Positions 18,441 to 27,171 of a stretch of DNA of 32,139 nt are shown here, one piece after another. The position numbers and the translations under genes were made by a program. The notes under the pieces are model-generated. The model did no database searches, was not told where the DNA came from, and saw only the letters and a program-made list of their open reading frames with translations. The stretch comes from Bacteroidetes/Chlorobi group bacterium ChocPot_Mid. Lineage in GTDB: Bacteria; Bacteroidota; Ignavibacteria; Kapaibacteriales; UBA2268. Each line of letters begins with the position of its first letter. Positions within the stretch are counted from its first letter, which is position 1. The stretch lies in contig RCNQ01000108.1 of NCBI GenBank assembly GCA_003731675.1, positions 1-32,139 on the forward strand, in the 5' to 3' direction.

Positions 18441-20678
18441 TTATTTCATCATCCCCACCAATACTCCTTCATACTCCTCTCTCAACTTCTCGACATCAAC
18501 AGAAATAACACCCTTAATGTCGAATTTGTCCTTTGTTACTTTACCTAACTTTATACAAGCGATATTATTTTCTTTGCAAAGTTGCTGAATCTTGTGTTCC
18601 TTATTTGCACTCGAAGATACTACAACTCTCGAATGTGATTCTCCGAATAGTTTTCCTATTGTGATGTTATTTCCCAACTCAATTTCTGCACCTAAATTAT
18701 TCGACGAGTAAATTGCTTTTTCTGCGATGCAAACAGCCAAGCCGCCTTCACTGCAATCATGTGCTGAATTTACCAGCTTTTCTCGAATGGCAGTAAGAAT
18801 AACTTTCTGCAATCTGATTTCCTCATCAATGTCAAGGAGCGGGGCTTCTCCTGTAACAAGTCCGTGGATTTGCTTCAGCCACTCTGAACCACCAAGCTCT
18901 TCCCTATCGTTGCCGATTAAATAAATAACATCTCCCTCATTTTTGAATCCGCATGACATTATTTTTTCCAAATCGTCAATCAATCCAAGCATACCGATTG
19001 TCGGTGTCGGGAATATTGCCCTGTTCTTCGATTCATTATGGAAACTGACATTGCCACCCGTAACAGGGGTATTCAAAGCACGACAAGCATCACCCATACC
19101 GCGAATAGCTTCCTTGAATGTCCAATAAACCTCTGGGTCATAAGGATTACCAAAATTCAGACAATTAGTAATTGCCACCGGTTCTGCACCAACACAAACC
19201 ACGTTTCTTGCGGCTTCCGCCACTGCAGCCATAGCTCCCATATATGGATTCAAATATACAAAGCGACTTGCACAGTCCGTACATGTTGCAAATCCTTTGC
19301 CAGGGAGTTCCTTGATTCTCATAACAGCGGCATCACCCTTGATATTTACTGTATTAGTCCTTACCTGAGAATCGTATTGCTCGAAAACCCAACGCTTGGA
19401 GGCAACAGCAGGAGATTTAATTATTTTCCAAAAAGCTTCTTCATAAGATAAGTCCGTTTTCAATTTTGAAATGTCATATTTTCGCGTTTCCTTCAAGTAT
19501 TCGGGTTCTTTTGCCTCCCTGACATATTGCGGAGCACCTCCACCTAAAACTAATGGTTCGGCGGGCATTTCGCAAACTAATTTTCCATGCCTGCTGATTC
19601 TCAAAATACCATCATCCGTTACAACTCCAATTTGAGTCATCGGGACATCCCATTTATCGCAAATTTCTTTAGCTTTGGCTTCTAATCCTTTTTTTATAAC
19701 AAAGAGCATTCTTTCTTGAGATTCAGACAGCATAATTTCGTATGGAGTCATATTCAGTTCACGCATTGGAACTTTGTCGAGGTCAACAAGCATACCCATG
19801 CCATTTGGTGCGCTCATTTCCGAAGTCGAGCATGAAATACCTGCGGCACCCATATCCTGAACTGCATCAACAACACCCGCTTCAATTAATTCAAGTGTCG
19901 CTTCAAGTAAAAGTTTTTCGGAAAAAGGGTCACCAACCTGAACAGTGGGACGCATATTCTCAGATTCATCATCAAATTCCCGTGAAGCTAACAGAGAAGC
20001 ACCATGAATACCATCACGTCCTGTACTACTACCAACAATAAACACAGGATTTCCGACACCCGTGATTCTTGCTGATGCAGTTTTATCAGTACGAACAATA
20101 CCAACAGCCATAGCATTAATCAAAGGATTATCGAAATAGCAATCTTCGAAATAGACTTCACCCGCTACTGTCGGTACACCAAATGAATTTCCGTAATGCC
20201 CTATACCTTCGACCACACCTCTTAAAAGGAATTTTGTCCTTTCGGAGTTTAACTCACCGAATCGCAAAGAATCAAGAGAAGCAATTGGTCTTGCACCCAT
20301 TGAGAAGATATCCCTGAGAATACCACCTACACCAGTTGCGGCACCTTGAAAAGGTTCAATCGCTGATGGATGATTATGACTCTCAATTTTAAATGCAATT
20401 GCATAGCCACCACCAATATCAATCAATCCTGCATTTTCAGCTCCGGCATCAACCAACAATCTACCTCCTGAACGTGGAAGTGTCTTTAACTGTAAAATCG
20501 AATTTTTATATGAGCAATGTTCGCTCCACATCACACCAAAGACACCTAACTCTGTGTAAGTCGGTACCCTACCCAATATTTCACAAACTTTTTTATATTC
20601 TTCCTCGGTTAAACCAACTTCTTTTGCAGTTTCGACTGAAACCTCTATTTCCGAAAAGAGTTCTTTGCTGACTTTCAT
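18441..20678 (-). CDS. purL: Phosphoribosylformylglycinamidine synthase subunit PurL (small form)
   Basis: MWSEHCSYK, ESHNHPS, QDMGAAG, NCLNFGNP and GGNVSF motifs. Start trimmed to ATG at 20678 (MKVSKELF), 745 aa. Confidence 0.97.
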   Translation of the reverse strand: MKVSKELFSEIEVSVETAKEVGLTEEEYKKVCEILGRVPTYTELGVFGVMWSEHCSYKNSILQLKTLPRSGGRLLVDAGAENAGLIDIGGGYAIAFKIESHNHPSAIEPFQGAATGVGGILRDIFSMGARPIASLDSLRFGELNSERTKFLLRGVVEGIGHYGNSFGVPTVAGEVYFEDCYFDNPLINAMAVGIVRTDKTASARITGVGNPVFIVGSSTGRDGIHGASLLASREFDDESENMRPTVQVGDPFSEKLLLEATLELIEAGVVDAVQDMGAAGISCSTSEMSAPNGMGMLVDLDKVPMRELNMTPYEIMLSESQERMLFVIKKGLEAKAKEICDKWDVPMTQIGVVTDDGILRISRHGKLVCEMPAEPLVLGGGAPQYVREAKEPEYLKETRKYDISKLKTDLSYEEAFWKIIKSPAVASKRWVFEQYDSQVRTNTVNIKGDAAVMRIKELPGKGFATCTDCASRFVYLNPYMGAMAAVAEAARNVVCVGAEPVAITNCLNFGNPYDPEVYWTFKEAIRGMGDACRALNTPVTGGNVSFHNESKNRAIFPTPTIGMLGLIDDLEKIMSCGFKNEGDVIYLIGNDREELGGSEWLKQIHGLVTGEAPLLDIDEEIRLQKVILTAIREKLVNSAHDCSEGGLAVCIAEKAIYSSNNLGAEIELGNNITIGKLFGESHSRVVVSSSANKEHKIQQLCKENNIACIKLGKVTKDKFDIKGVISVDVEKLREEYEGVLVGMMK

Positions 20679-20983
20679 ATAAAATATATAATTAATTGAA
20701 AAAATAATAAGTAACAAAATTAATGTTTTTATTGTAATTATCAACATACAAACTAGTATAAATTTAACTACACACAATTCAAAAGAATTTATTAATTTTG
20801 ACAGTTTAAAAAATTTAACACAACAAAATGATTACATAATTTATTTAAGCAATATGATTTTTTTTGTATTTTAAGTAAGTTAATAAGTCTTTTATTATAA
20901 AATAATAATATTTTATGTTGTTAATGTACGAGAATGATGCTTTTTTTAATAAATAATTTTATAAACTAATAAAAAGTTAAGTT

Positions 20984-23203
20984 ATGGATTCATTAGTATA
21001 TCTAATTCCGTTATTTGGTGTGATAGCATTGTTATTCACACTATGGCGTTCATTGTGGGTTGGCAAGCAAGACCCAGGCAATGAGAAAATGCAGAAGATT
21101 GCAGGACATATACAAAAAGGTGCAATGGCATTTTTAAGAGCTGAGTATTCAAGAATTGCAATTTTCGCTGTTGTAGTGGCAATTTTGCTTGGGATTCAGG
21201 GAGCATCAGCTCCTGATTCAAGTTCTTTGGTTGCTATATCTTTTATTATTGGTGCAATTTGTTCCGCTTTAGCTGGATACATAGGGATGAAAGTTGCAAC
21301 CAAAGCCAATGTTAGAACAACCAATGCCGCTCGTGAAAGCTTAAACAAAGCACTTATTATTGCTTTCAATGGTGGTGCTGTTATGGGTATGGGAGTTGTT
21401 GGATTGGGAGTATTAGGATTAAGTATCCTCTTTATTATTTATGGAAATATGTGGGGTACAACTACACAAGAAGTATTAACCAAAGTTGTTACAGTTTTAA
21501 CTGGTTTCTCATTTGGTGCATCGTCAATAGCCTTGTTCGCCAGGGTTGGTGGTGGAATTTATACCAAAGCGGCAGATGTTGGTGCAGATTTGGTAGGAAA
21601 AGTTGAAGCCGGTATACCTGAAGACCATCCATTAAACCCTGCAACGATTGCAGATAACGTTGGAGACAATGTGGGAGATGTTGCAGGAATGGGTGCCGAC
21701 TTATTTGAGTCTTATGTTGGTTCGATTATAGGAACAATGGTACTTGGTACAATATTCTTTAGTTTACCTGAGTTTGCAGGAACTCCATTTGGAGGAATGA
21801 CAATGGTTGTTTTACCTTTATTTCTTGCTGCAGCAGGCATTATTGTATCAATCTTCGGTACTTTCTTTGTTAAAGTAAAAGAACATGGGAACCCACAAGC
21901 AGCGTTGAATATTGGAACATTCCTTGCTGCAGGGCTTATGATTATTGCAACATATTTTATTATCAACGCAATGTTACCAGCAACATTTTCAGTTTCAGAC
22001 CAATTGTATGGTGGATTAGATGCAAATAATACTATTGTACCTTTTACAATTACATCACTGGGTGTTTTCTTGGCAACAGTTATTGGTTTGATAGCAGGGG
22101 TTGGTATCGGGTTAGTAACAGAATATTATACAGGTTACGGCAAACCACCTGTCAGAAATATAGCTAAGCAGTCTTTAACTGGAGCAGCAACAAATATTAT
22201 TGCAGGTTTGGGAACAGGTATGATGTCAACAGCAATTCCAGTACTTTTAATCGCTTTTGCAATTATAGGTGCATTCCATTTTGCAGGACTTTATGGTATT
22301 GCCATAGCTGCTGTTGGTATGTTGGCAACAACAGGAATTCAATTGGCAGTTGATGCTTATGGTCCCGTTGCAGATAATGCTGGGGGAATAGCAGAAATGT
22401 CTGAATTACCTCACGAAGTTCGAGAAAGAACAGATAAGCTTGATGCTGTAGGAAACTCAACTGCTGCTATTGGTAAGGGCTTTGCAATTGGCTCAGCCGC
22501 TTTGACAGCTTTAGCACTTTTTGCAGCATTTATGACAGCTTCAGGATTGAAAGTAATTGATATATCAGTTCCTAAAGTAATGGCTGGTGTTTTCTTTGGT
22601 GGTTTGATGCCATTTGTTTTCTCAGCATTAGCTATGGGAGCAGTTGGCAAAGCCGCAATGAGAATGATTCAGGAAGTAAGAAGACAGTTTACAACTATTC
22701 CTGCTTTAAAAGCCGCTTTGGATTTAATGAGAAAACATGGTGATGAAGATTTGGATAAATGGTCAGCAGAAGACCAAAAAGTTTTCCGCGAAGCAGATGG
22801 TAAAGCTGAATATGAGAAATGTGTTGATATTTCTGCAAAAGCTGCTATCAAACAGATGGTATTACCTGGCTTATTAGCTGTTATTGTCCCTGTAGTAGTT
22901 GGTTTTATTTTCGGTGCTCAAACATTAGGCGGATTGTTAGCTGGTGTTACTGTGGTTGGTGTATTAATGGCTATCTTCCAGGCGAATGCCGGTGGTGCTT
23001 GGGATAACGCAAAGAAGATGTTTGAAGCCGGTGTTGAAATTGAAGGAAAAATGTATTATAAAGATTCCGAACCACGTAAAGCCGCTGTTGTAGGTGATAC
23101 CGTTGGTGACCCGTTCAAAGATACTTCAGGACCTTCAATAAATATATTAATAAAATTGATGTCTATCGTATCATTGATTTTAGCTCCACTGTTAGCTATG
23201 TAA
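20984..23203 (+). CDS. hppA: Membrane-bound K+-dependent, probably Na+-translocating pyrophosphatase
   Basis: [28 protein letters not shown] and GGAWDNAKK motifs; GNSTAA (Ala form = K+-dependent); DLFES gate Glu as in Na+-PPases. Confidence 0.96.
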   Translation: MDSLVYLIPLFGVIALLFTLWRSLWVGKQDPGNEKMQKIAGHIQKGAMAFLRAEYSRIAIFAVVVAILLGIQGASAPDSSSLVAISFIIGAICSALAGYIGMKVATKANVRTTNAARESLNKALIIAFNGGAVMGMGVVGLGVLGLSILFIIYGNMWGTTTQEVLTKVVTVLTGFSFGASSIALFARVGGGIYTKAADVGADLVGKVEAGIPEDHPLNPATIADNVGDNVGDVAGMGADLFESYVGSIIGTMVLGTIFFSLPEFAGTPFGGMTMVVLPLFLAAAGIIVSIFGTFFVKVKEHGNPQAALNIGTFLAAGLMIIATYFIINAMLPATFSVSDQLYGGLDANNTIVPFTITSLGVFLATVIGLIAGVGIGLVTEYYTGYGKPPVRNIAKQSLTGAATNIIAGLGTGMMSTAIPVLLIAFAIIGAFHFAGLYGIAIAAVGMLATTGIQLAVDAYGPVADNAGGIAEMSELPHEVRERTDKLDAVGNSTAAIGKGFAIGSAALTALALFAAFMTASGLKVIDISVPKVMAGVFFGGLMPFVFSALAMGAVGKAAMRMIQEVRRQFTTIPALKAALDLMRKHGDEDLDKWSAEDQKVFREADGKAEYEKCVDISAKAAIKQMVLPGLLAVIVPVVVGFIFGAQTLGGLLAGVTVVGVLMAIFQANAGGAWDNAKKMFEAGVEIEGKMYYKDSEPRKAAVVGDTVGDPFKDTSGPSINILIKLMSIVSLILAPLLAM

Positions 23204-23221
23204 TGATATAATCTGATGTAT

Positions 23222-23258
23222 AAAAACCTCCTGAATTATAAATCAGGAGGTTTTTTTT
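23222..23258 (+). terminator. Rho-independent terminator of hppA (potentially bidirectional)
   Basis: AAAAACCTCCTGA-N8-TCAGGAGGTTTTTTTT. Confidence 0.9.
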
Positions 23259-23260
23259 AT

Positions 23261-23285
23261 AAAAAAGCCGCTTGAAAGCGGCTTT
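23261..23285 (-). terminator. Rho-independent terminator of rplU-rpmA
   Basis: AAAGCCGCT-TGAA-AGCGGCTTT hairpin; the A6 run on its left gives a U tract on the minus strand. Confidence 0.85.
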
Positions 23286-23320
23286 AATTTTGCAAGTAGA
23301 GATGAAATAATATTTGTTAA

Positions 23321-23578
23321 TTAATTTGCAGGATAAACACTTACCTGCTTTTTATCTTTACCTTTTCTTTCGAATTTTACATGTCCGTCAATTAAAGAGA
23401 AGATTGTAAAGTCAGTTCCCAATCCGACATTTCTACCGGGATGGAATTTAGTGCCGCATTGGCGTACAATGATATTGCCCGCTTTTGCAAATTCACCACC
23501 GAACATTTTTACACCACGTCTTTGGGCATTGGAATCTCTTCCGTTTTTTGACGAACCGCCACCTTTTTTATGTGCCAT
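23321..23578 (-). CDS. rpmA: 50S ribosomal protein L27
   Basis: [16 protein letters not shown]; no N-terminal Prp-cleaved extension. Confidence 0.99.
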   Translation of the reverse strand: MAHKKGGGSSKNGRDSNAQRRGVKMFGGEFAKAGNIIVRQCGTKFHPGRNVGLGTDFTIFSLIDGHVKFERKGKDKKQVSVYPAN

Positions 23579-23602
23579 AATTCAATCCTTAACTATATTT
23601 TA

Positions 23603-23995
23603 TTATTCGTTGTTTTCTGTGTTATTTTCTGTCACAGGTTCATCTGCAACTTCAGCTTTCTTTCTCCCTCTGGTTTTTTTGACCTTACCTAAAGTAATAT
23701 CGGTAATTTCAATTTTTGTGAAAGCTTGTCTGTGTCCATTTAGTTTGCGGTGACCTTTTCTTCTTTTTTTGTGGAAGACTAAAACTTTATCGTCTTTACC
23801 ATGCTCCAAAATTTTTGCAGCAACAGTACCTTCGATGTAAGGAGTTCCAATTTGCTCTGAACCCTCTTCCCCACCCATGAGAATATTTGTAAATTCAACT
23901 GTTTCTCCAGGGTTTCCTTTTAAGAGAGGAACTCTGATTGTTGCATTTTTTTGTGCTTCTATTTGTATGCCACCAATTTCAACAACTGCGTACAT
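23603..23995 (-). CDS. rplU: 50S ribosomal protein L21 with C-terminal low-complexity extension
   Basis: MYAVVEIGG.Q and KVLVFHKKRRKG..K.NGHRQ.FT; upstream of rpmA. Confidence 0.98.
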   Translation of the reverse strand: MYAVVEIGGIQIEAQKNATIRVPLLKGNPGETVEFTNILMGGEEGSEQIGTPYIEGTVAAKILEHGKDDKVLVFHKKRRKGHRKLNGHRQAFTKIEITDITLGKVKKTRGRKKAEVADEPVTENNTENNE

Positions 23996-24077
23996 TTTAT
24001 TATCCTAATAAACTTTTTTATAAATTATTTTTAAAAGAATTGCAATTTACGAATATATTAATAACTTACCAAAAAAA

Positions 24078-25337
24078 TTATGCAGTTTTTGCTCGCTTTT
24101 TTATTTTTTCGTATTGCACTTTGTTTTCTTTACCTTCTATAAAATTGTTAGTTATAGTGCATTTTTCAATATCCTGCAAATCGGGTAACTCGTACATTAC
24201 AGGTAACATAAATTCTTCAACTATTGCCCTAAGGGCTCTTGCACCAGTTTTTCTTTCTCTGGCTTTTTTTACGATGGTTTTAAGGGCTTCTTGCTCAAAT
24301 TCCAAAGTAACCCCTTCCATTTTAAAGAGTTTCTGGTATTGTTTTATAATCGAATTCTTCGGTTCTGTCAAAATGTTCAACATAGCTTCTTCTGAAAGTT
24401 CCTCAAGAGGTGCAAAAACAGGTAGTCTTCCAATTATTTCAGGGATAAATCCATATTTTAACAAGTCTTCGGGTTCAACCTTTTTCAGTAAGTTGTAGGA
24501 TTCTTTGATAACATCTAAATCTTCGGACATAAATCCGATGGTTGATGTTCTCATTCGCTGGGCGATTATTTTTTCTAAACCCTCAAATGCTCCACCACAA
24601 ATAAAAAGTATATTTTGGGTATTGATATGGATTAATTCCTGTTCGGGGTGTTTCCTACCCCCTTTTGGTGGAATTCCTGCTATCGTTCCTTCAAGGATTT
24701 TCAATAATGCCTGCTGAACACCTTCACCTGAGACATCTCTTGTTATGCTTCGAGATTCACTTTTTCGAGTAATTTTATCAATTTCATCAATATATATAAT
24801 GCCTCTTTCAGCAAGGGCAGTATTGTAATTTGCATTTTGTACAAGAGACAAAAGTATGTTTTCTACATCATCACCGACATATCCTGCTTCAGTTAATGTA
24901 GTGGCATCAGCAATAGCAAAAGGAACTTTGAGTATTCGAGCTAAGGTCCTTGCCAATAAAGTTTTGCCTGTACCTGTTGGTCCGAGTAATAAAATATTGC
25001 TCTTTTCTATTTCAACATCCTGGAACTCTTTTGCTAAGTCTGTGGTTTGTATTCGTTTATAATGATTATAAACCGCAACAGATAATACTTTTTTTGCATG
25101 TTCCTGCCCAATGACGTAATCATCGAGTTGCCTCTTTATTTCAGATGGTTTAGGCAAGTCCGACGGTTTTTGAAATTCAATAGATTGCAGTGCGTTGTGT
25201 TTTATGATTTCTTCAGATTTCCTGACACAGACATTGCAAATGTAAATCTGATTTGGTCCTTCGATTAAGCTTTGGACTTCCTCAGCAGTCCGACCACAAA
25301 ATGAGCAGTGGATATTTTTAACAAATTCTTTTGACAT
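24078..25337 (-). CDS. clpX: ATP-dependent Clp protease ATP-binding subunit ClpX
   Basis: CSFCG...ICNVC zinc finger, [33 protein letters not shown] loop, TGARALR. Confidence 0.99.
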   Translation of the reverse strand: MSKEFVKNIHCSFCGRTAEEVQSLIEGPNQIYICNVCVRKSEEIIKHNALQSIEFQKPSDLPKPSEIKRQLDDYVIGQEHAKKVLSVAVYNHYKRIQTTDLAKEFQDVEIEKSNILLLGPTGTGKTLLARTLARILKVPFAIADATTLTEAGYVGDDVENILLSLVQNANYNTALAERGIIYIDEIDKITRKSESRSITRDVSGEGVQQALLKILEGTIAGIPPKGGRKHPEQELIHINTQNILFICGGAFEGLEKIIAQRMRTSTIGFMSEDLDVIKESYNLLKKVEPEDLLKYGFIPEIIGRLPVFAPLEELSEEAMLNILTEPKNSIIKQYQKLFKMEGVTLEFEQEALKTIVKKARERKTGARALRAIVEEFMLPVMYELPDLQDIEKCTITNNFIEGKENKVQYEKIKKRAKTA

Positions 25338-25348
25338 TTTCTAAACCT

Positions 25349-25972
25349 TTATTTACTTTCTGTTTCACTCTTTGTTTCTTGCTCAGGTAATCTGACAAGG
25401 ATTTTATCTATGATACCATAATCCATAGCTTCCTGGGCTGACATGTAAAAATCTCTGTCAGAGTCTCGCCGTACTTCTTCAATTGCTCTTCCTGTGTGTT
25501 TAGCAGTAATTTCGTACAGAGTTTCGCGGATTCTTAGCATTTCTTTAGTGTAGATTTCAATATCTGTTGCCTGACCTTGAGCACCACCTAATGGCTGATG
25601 CATAAGGATTCTTGCGTTTGGAAGGGCATACCTTTTTCCTTTTGAACCTGCACAGAGCAAAACCTGTGCCATAGATGCCCCCATACCCATACAAATTGTC
25701 GTTATATCAGGTTTGACGAATTGCATTGTGTCGTAAATTGCCAAGCCGGCACTGACAGAACCACCAGGTGAATTGATGTAAATATTTATATCTTTATTCG
25801 GGTCTTCGCTTGCAAGAAAAAGTAATTGGGCAATCACAAGATTGGAAACATAATCATCTATTGGCGAACCAATAAAAATAATTCTTTCCTTCAACAAACG
25901 GGAATATATGTCGTAAGAACGCTCTCCCCTGCTCGTTTGCTCAACAACAATTGGTATTAGCTGATTAATCAT
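25349..25972 (-). CDS. clpP: ATP-dependent Clp protease proteolytic subunit ClpP
   Basis: [25 protein letters not shown] (Ser), MHQP (His), RDFYM (Asp). Confidence 0.99.
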   Translation of the reverse strand: MINQLIPIVVEQTSRGERSYDIYSRLLKERIIFIGSPIDDYVSNLVIAQLLFLASEDPNKDINIYINSPGGSVSAGLAIYDTMQFVKPDITTICMGMGASMAQVLLCAGSKGKRYALPNARILMHQPLGGAQGQATDIEIYTKEMLRIRETLYEITAKHTGRAIEEVRRDSDRDFYMSAQEAMDYGIIDKILVRLPEQETKSETESK

Positions 25973-26049
25973 TTTCGTATTTCCTTAATATATTAAATAG
26001 TTTAATAATAAAGAGCTATAACGGATGAGGAGGAAAAATAATTTAAAAA

Positions 26050-26077
26050 AGGTGCTACTATGTTAGTTCTATATAGT
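26050..26077 (+). other. Candidate dif (XerCD) site
   Basis: AGGTGCTACTA-TGTTAG-TTCTATATAGT, an 11-6-11 layout with partial similarity to E. coli dif GGTGCGCATAA-TGTATA-TTATGTTAAAT (right arm 6/11), intergenic at the GC-skew switch. Confidence 0.45.
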
Positions 26078-26139
26078 CATTCGAATATTCATAAAAAAAT
26101 TTTATTTGACTAACTTCGGAAGAAAAAATTTATAAAAAT

Positions 26140-26492
26140 AATTATTGTTCGATAAAAATAAAATATAGAAGCGGGGATAGAAATCCAGATAAGGGTTAGT
26201 TTGATAGTAAAGTTTTTATGCTTGTTATCCAGAAAAGTGCAGAAAGAAAATGGGCATATTCAAATTTGGTTTCAGTAGTCAGCTTCCATTTAATGACTTA
26301 TATTGATTTATTCAAATTTTTGAAAATACCTGATTCTGGTTGGAATAATTTAACAAATAAAAAGCCGAACAATTGGCACTATTTGATTACTAATTAAGGG
26401 GAGCTTCCTTTTTGATTTATAAAATTCATTCAAGTTTTCCAATGGTTTATTCCTTAAATACTGTTATTTTTGATTTTTATCGGACAGTAATG
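26140..26492 (+). mobile_element. Decayed, internally deleted IS4-family element (MITE-like, 353 bp)
   Basis: Imperfect terminal inverted repeats (17/20, 25/32 identity) enclosing a frameshifted transposase C-terminus. No clear target duplication. Confidence 0.75.
26177..26393 (+). pseudogene. IS4-family transposase 3' remnant with two frameshifts
   Basis: Across frames: IEIQIRVSLIVK / MLVIQKSAERKWAYSNLVSVVSFHLMTYIDLFKFLK.P / EQLALFDY*. Resembles Bacteroidota IS4 transposase tails (recalled) and ends in a QLxLF clamp-binding motif. Confidence 0.75.
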
Positions 26493-26630
26493 ATTAATAA
26501 TCACTAATTTATTTAGTATTGAAACAAAGATTGATTTTTTTAAAATAATTACTTTAATTTATCGTGAAAATAGATAATTGAAAATATTTTACTATTTGGC
26601 GTATAATTTGATAGAAGAATCTTATAATTA

Positions 26631-26662
26631 TTTGTTTTTTTTAAAAGATAATTATATATTTG
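26631..26662 (+). promoter_or_regulatory. Bacteroidota-type primary sigma promoter (-33/-7)
   Basis: TTTG (26631-26634), 20-nt spacer, TATATTTG (26655-26662): full TTTG-N19-21-TAnnTTTG consensus. Confidence 0.6.
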
Positions 26663-26666
26663 TAAT

Positions 26667-27092
26667 ATGAAAATGAAAATAACTGCAATAATATTGCTCA
26701 CTTTTACAACCTTAGCGTTATTTGCTTCCGATAACGTCATAGAGTATCTTCGTGCAAAGTCAGATGGCAAGTCTATAACTGTTGAATGGAAAACTACTTC
26801 CGAACAAGATATTAATTCGTTTGCCATCGAACGTGCTGGTAGCGACCAAATTTTCGAATCAATCGAAACTAAACAAGCAAAAGGTTTTGCGAGCACTTAT
26901 ACTTATCTCGACGAATCTGCTTTCAAAACAAGTGAAAATGGCGACAAGACACTTTCTAAAAATATCTATTTTTACCGTATCGCTATTAACAAAAAAGACG
27001 GCTCCAAAGTTTACAGCACTATTGCCAATGTTACTCACAATACCAGCAGTATTCGCAGAACTTGGGGTATGCTCAAGGAAATGTTCAGATAA
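26667..27092 (+). CDS. Small secreted protein: single Fn3/Ig-like domain plus C-terminal RRTWGMLKEMFR tail
   Basis: Signal peptide (LFA|SD); ITVEWKTTSE...FAIER...YTYLD...YFYRI...DGSKVYS pattern of the domain that normally precedes T9SS CTDs. Confidence 0.8.
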   Translation: MKMKITAIILLTFTTLALFASDNVIEYLRAKSDGKSITVEWKTTSEQDINSFAIERAGSDQIFESIETKQAKGFASTYTYLDESAFKTSENGDKTLSKNIYFYRIAINKKDGSKVYSTIANVTHNTSSIRRTWGMLKEMFR

Positions 27093-27171
27093 AATAATTC
27101 AATTGTCTTTAACCCAATATTTATTAGTTTTGTTAATTATCGTATTAACTTTTTTAACTTTTTAATTTCTG

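Noticed and set aside
20679-20777. 33-aa hydrophobic N-terminal extension of PurL in the ORF track
   Set aside because: It is AT-rich divergent-promoter DNA read in frame from an alternative start. Homology begins at MKVSKELF, and PurL is cytoplasmic.
23938-24498. 186-aa + strand ORF antisense to clpX/rplU, and similar shadow ORFs over mreB, purL, hppA, atpD and the 1340-aa gene
   Set aside because: They overlap well-supported genes, show no motifs and have the composition of antisense shadows.
26218-26397. 59-aa ORF as a functional small protein
   Set aside because: Better explained as the middle frame of a doubly frameshifted transposase remnant.
26596-26623. TTGGCGTATAA, resembling a XerC arm, near the skew switch
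   Set aside because: No XerD-like arm follows the 6-bp spacer; more likely promoter DNA.
26549-27165. ORFs 26549-26896 (-) and 26782-27165 (+)
   Set aside because: Both overlap the 141-aa gene, which has a signal peptide, a recognisable domain and a promoter.
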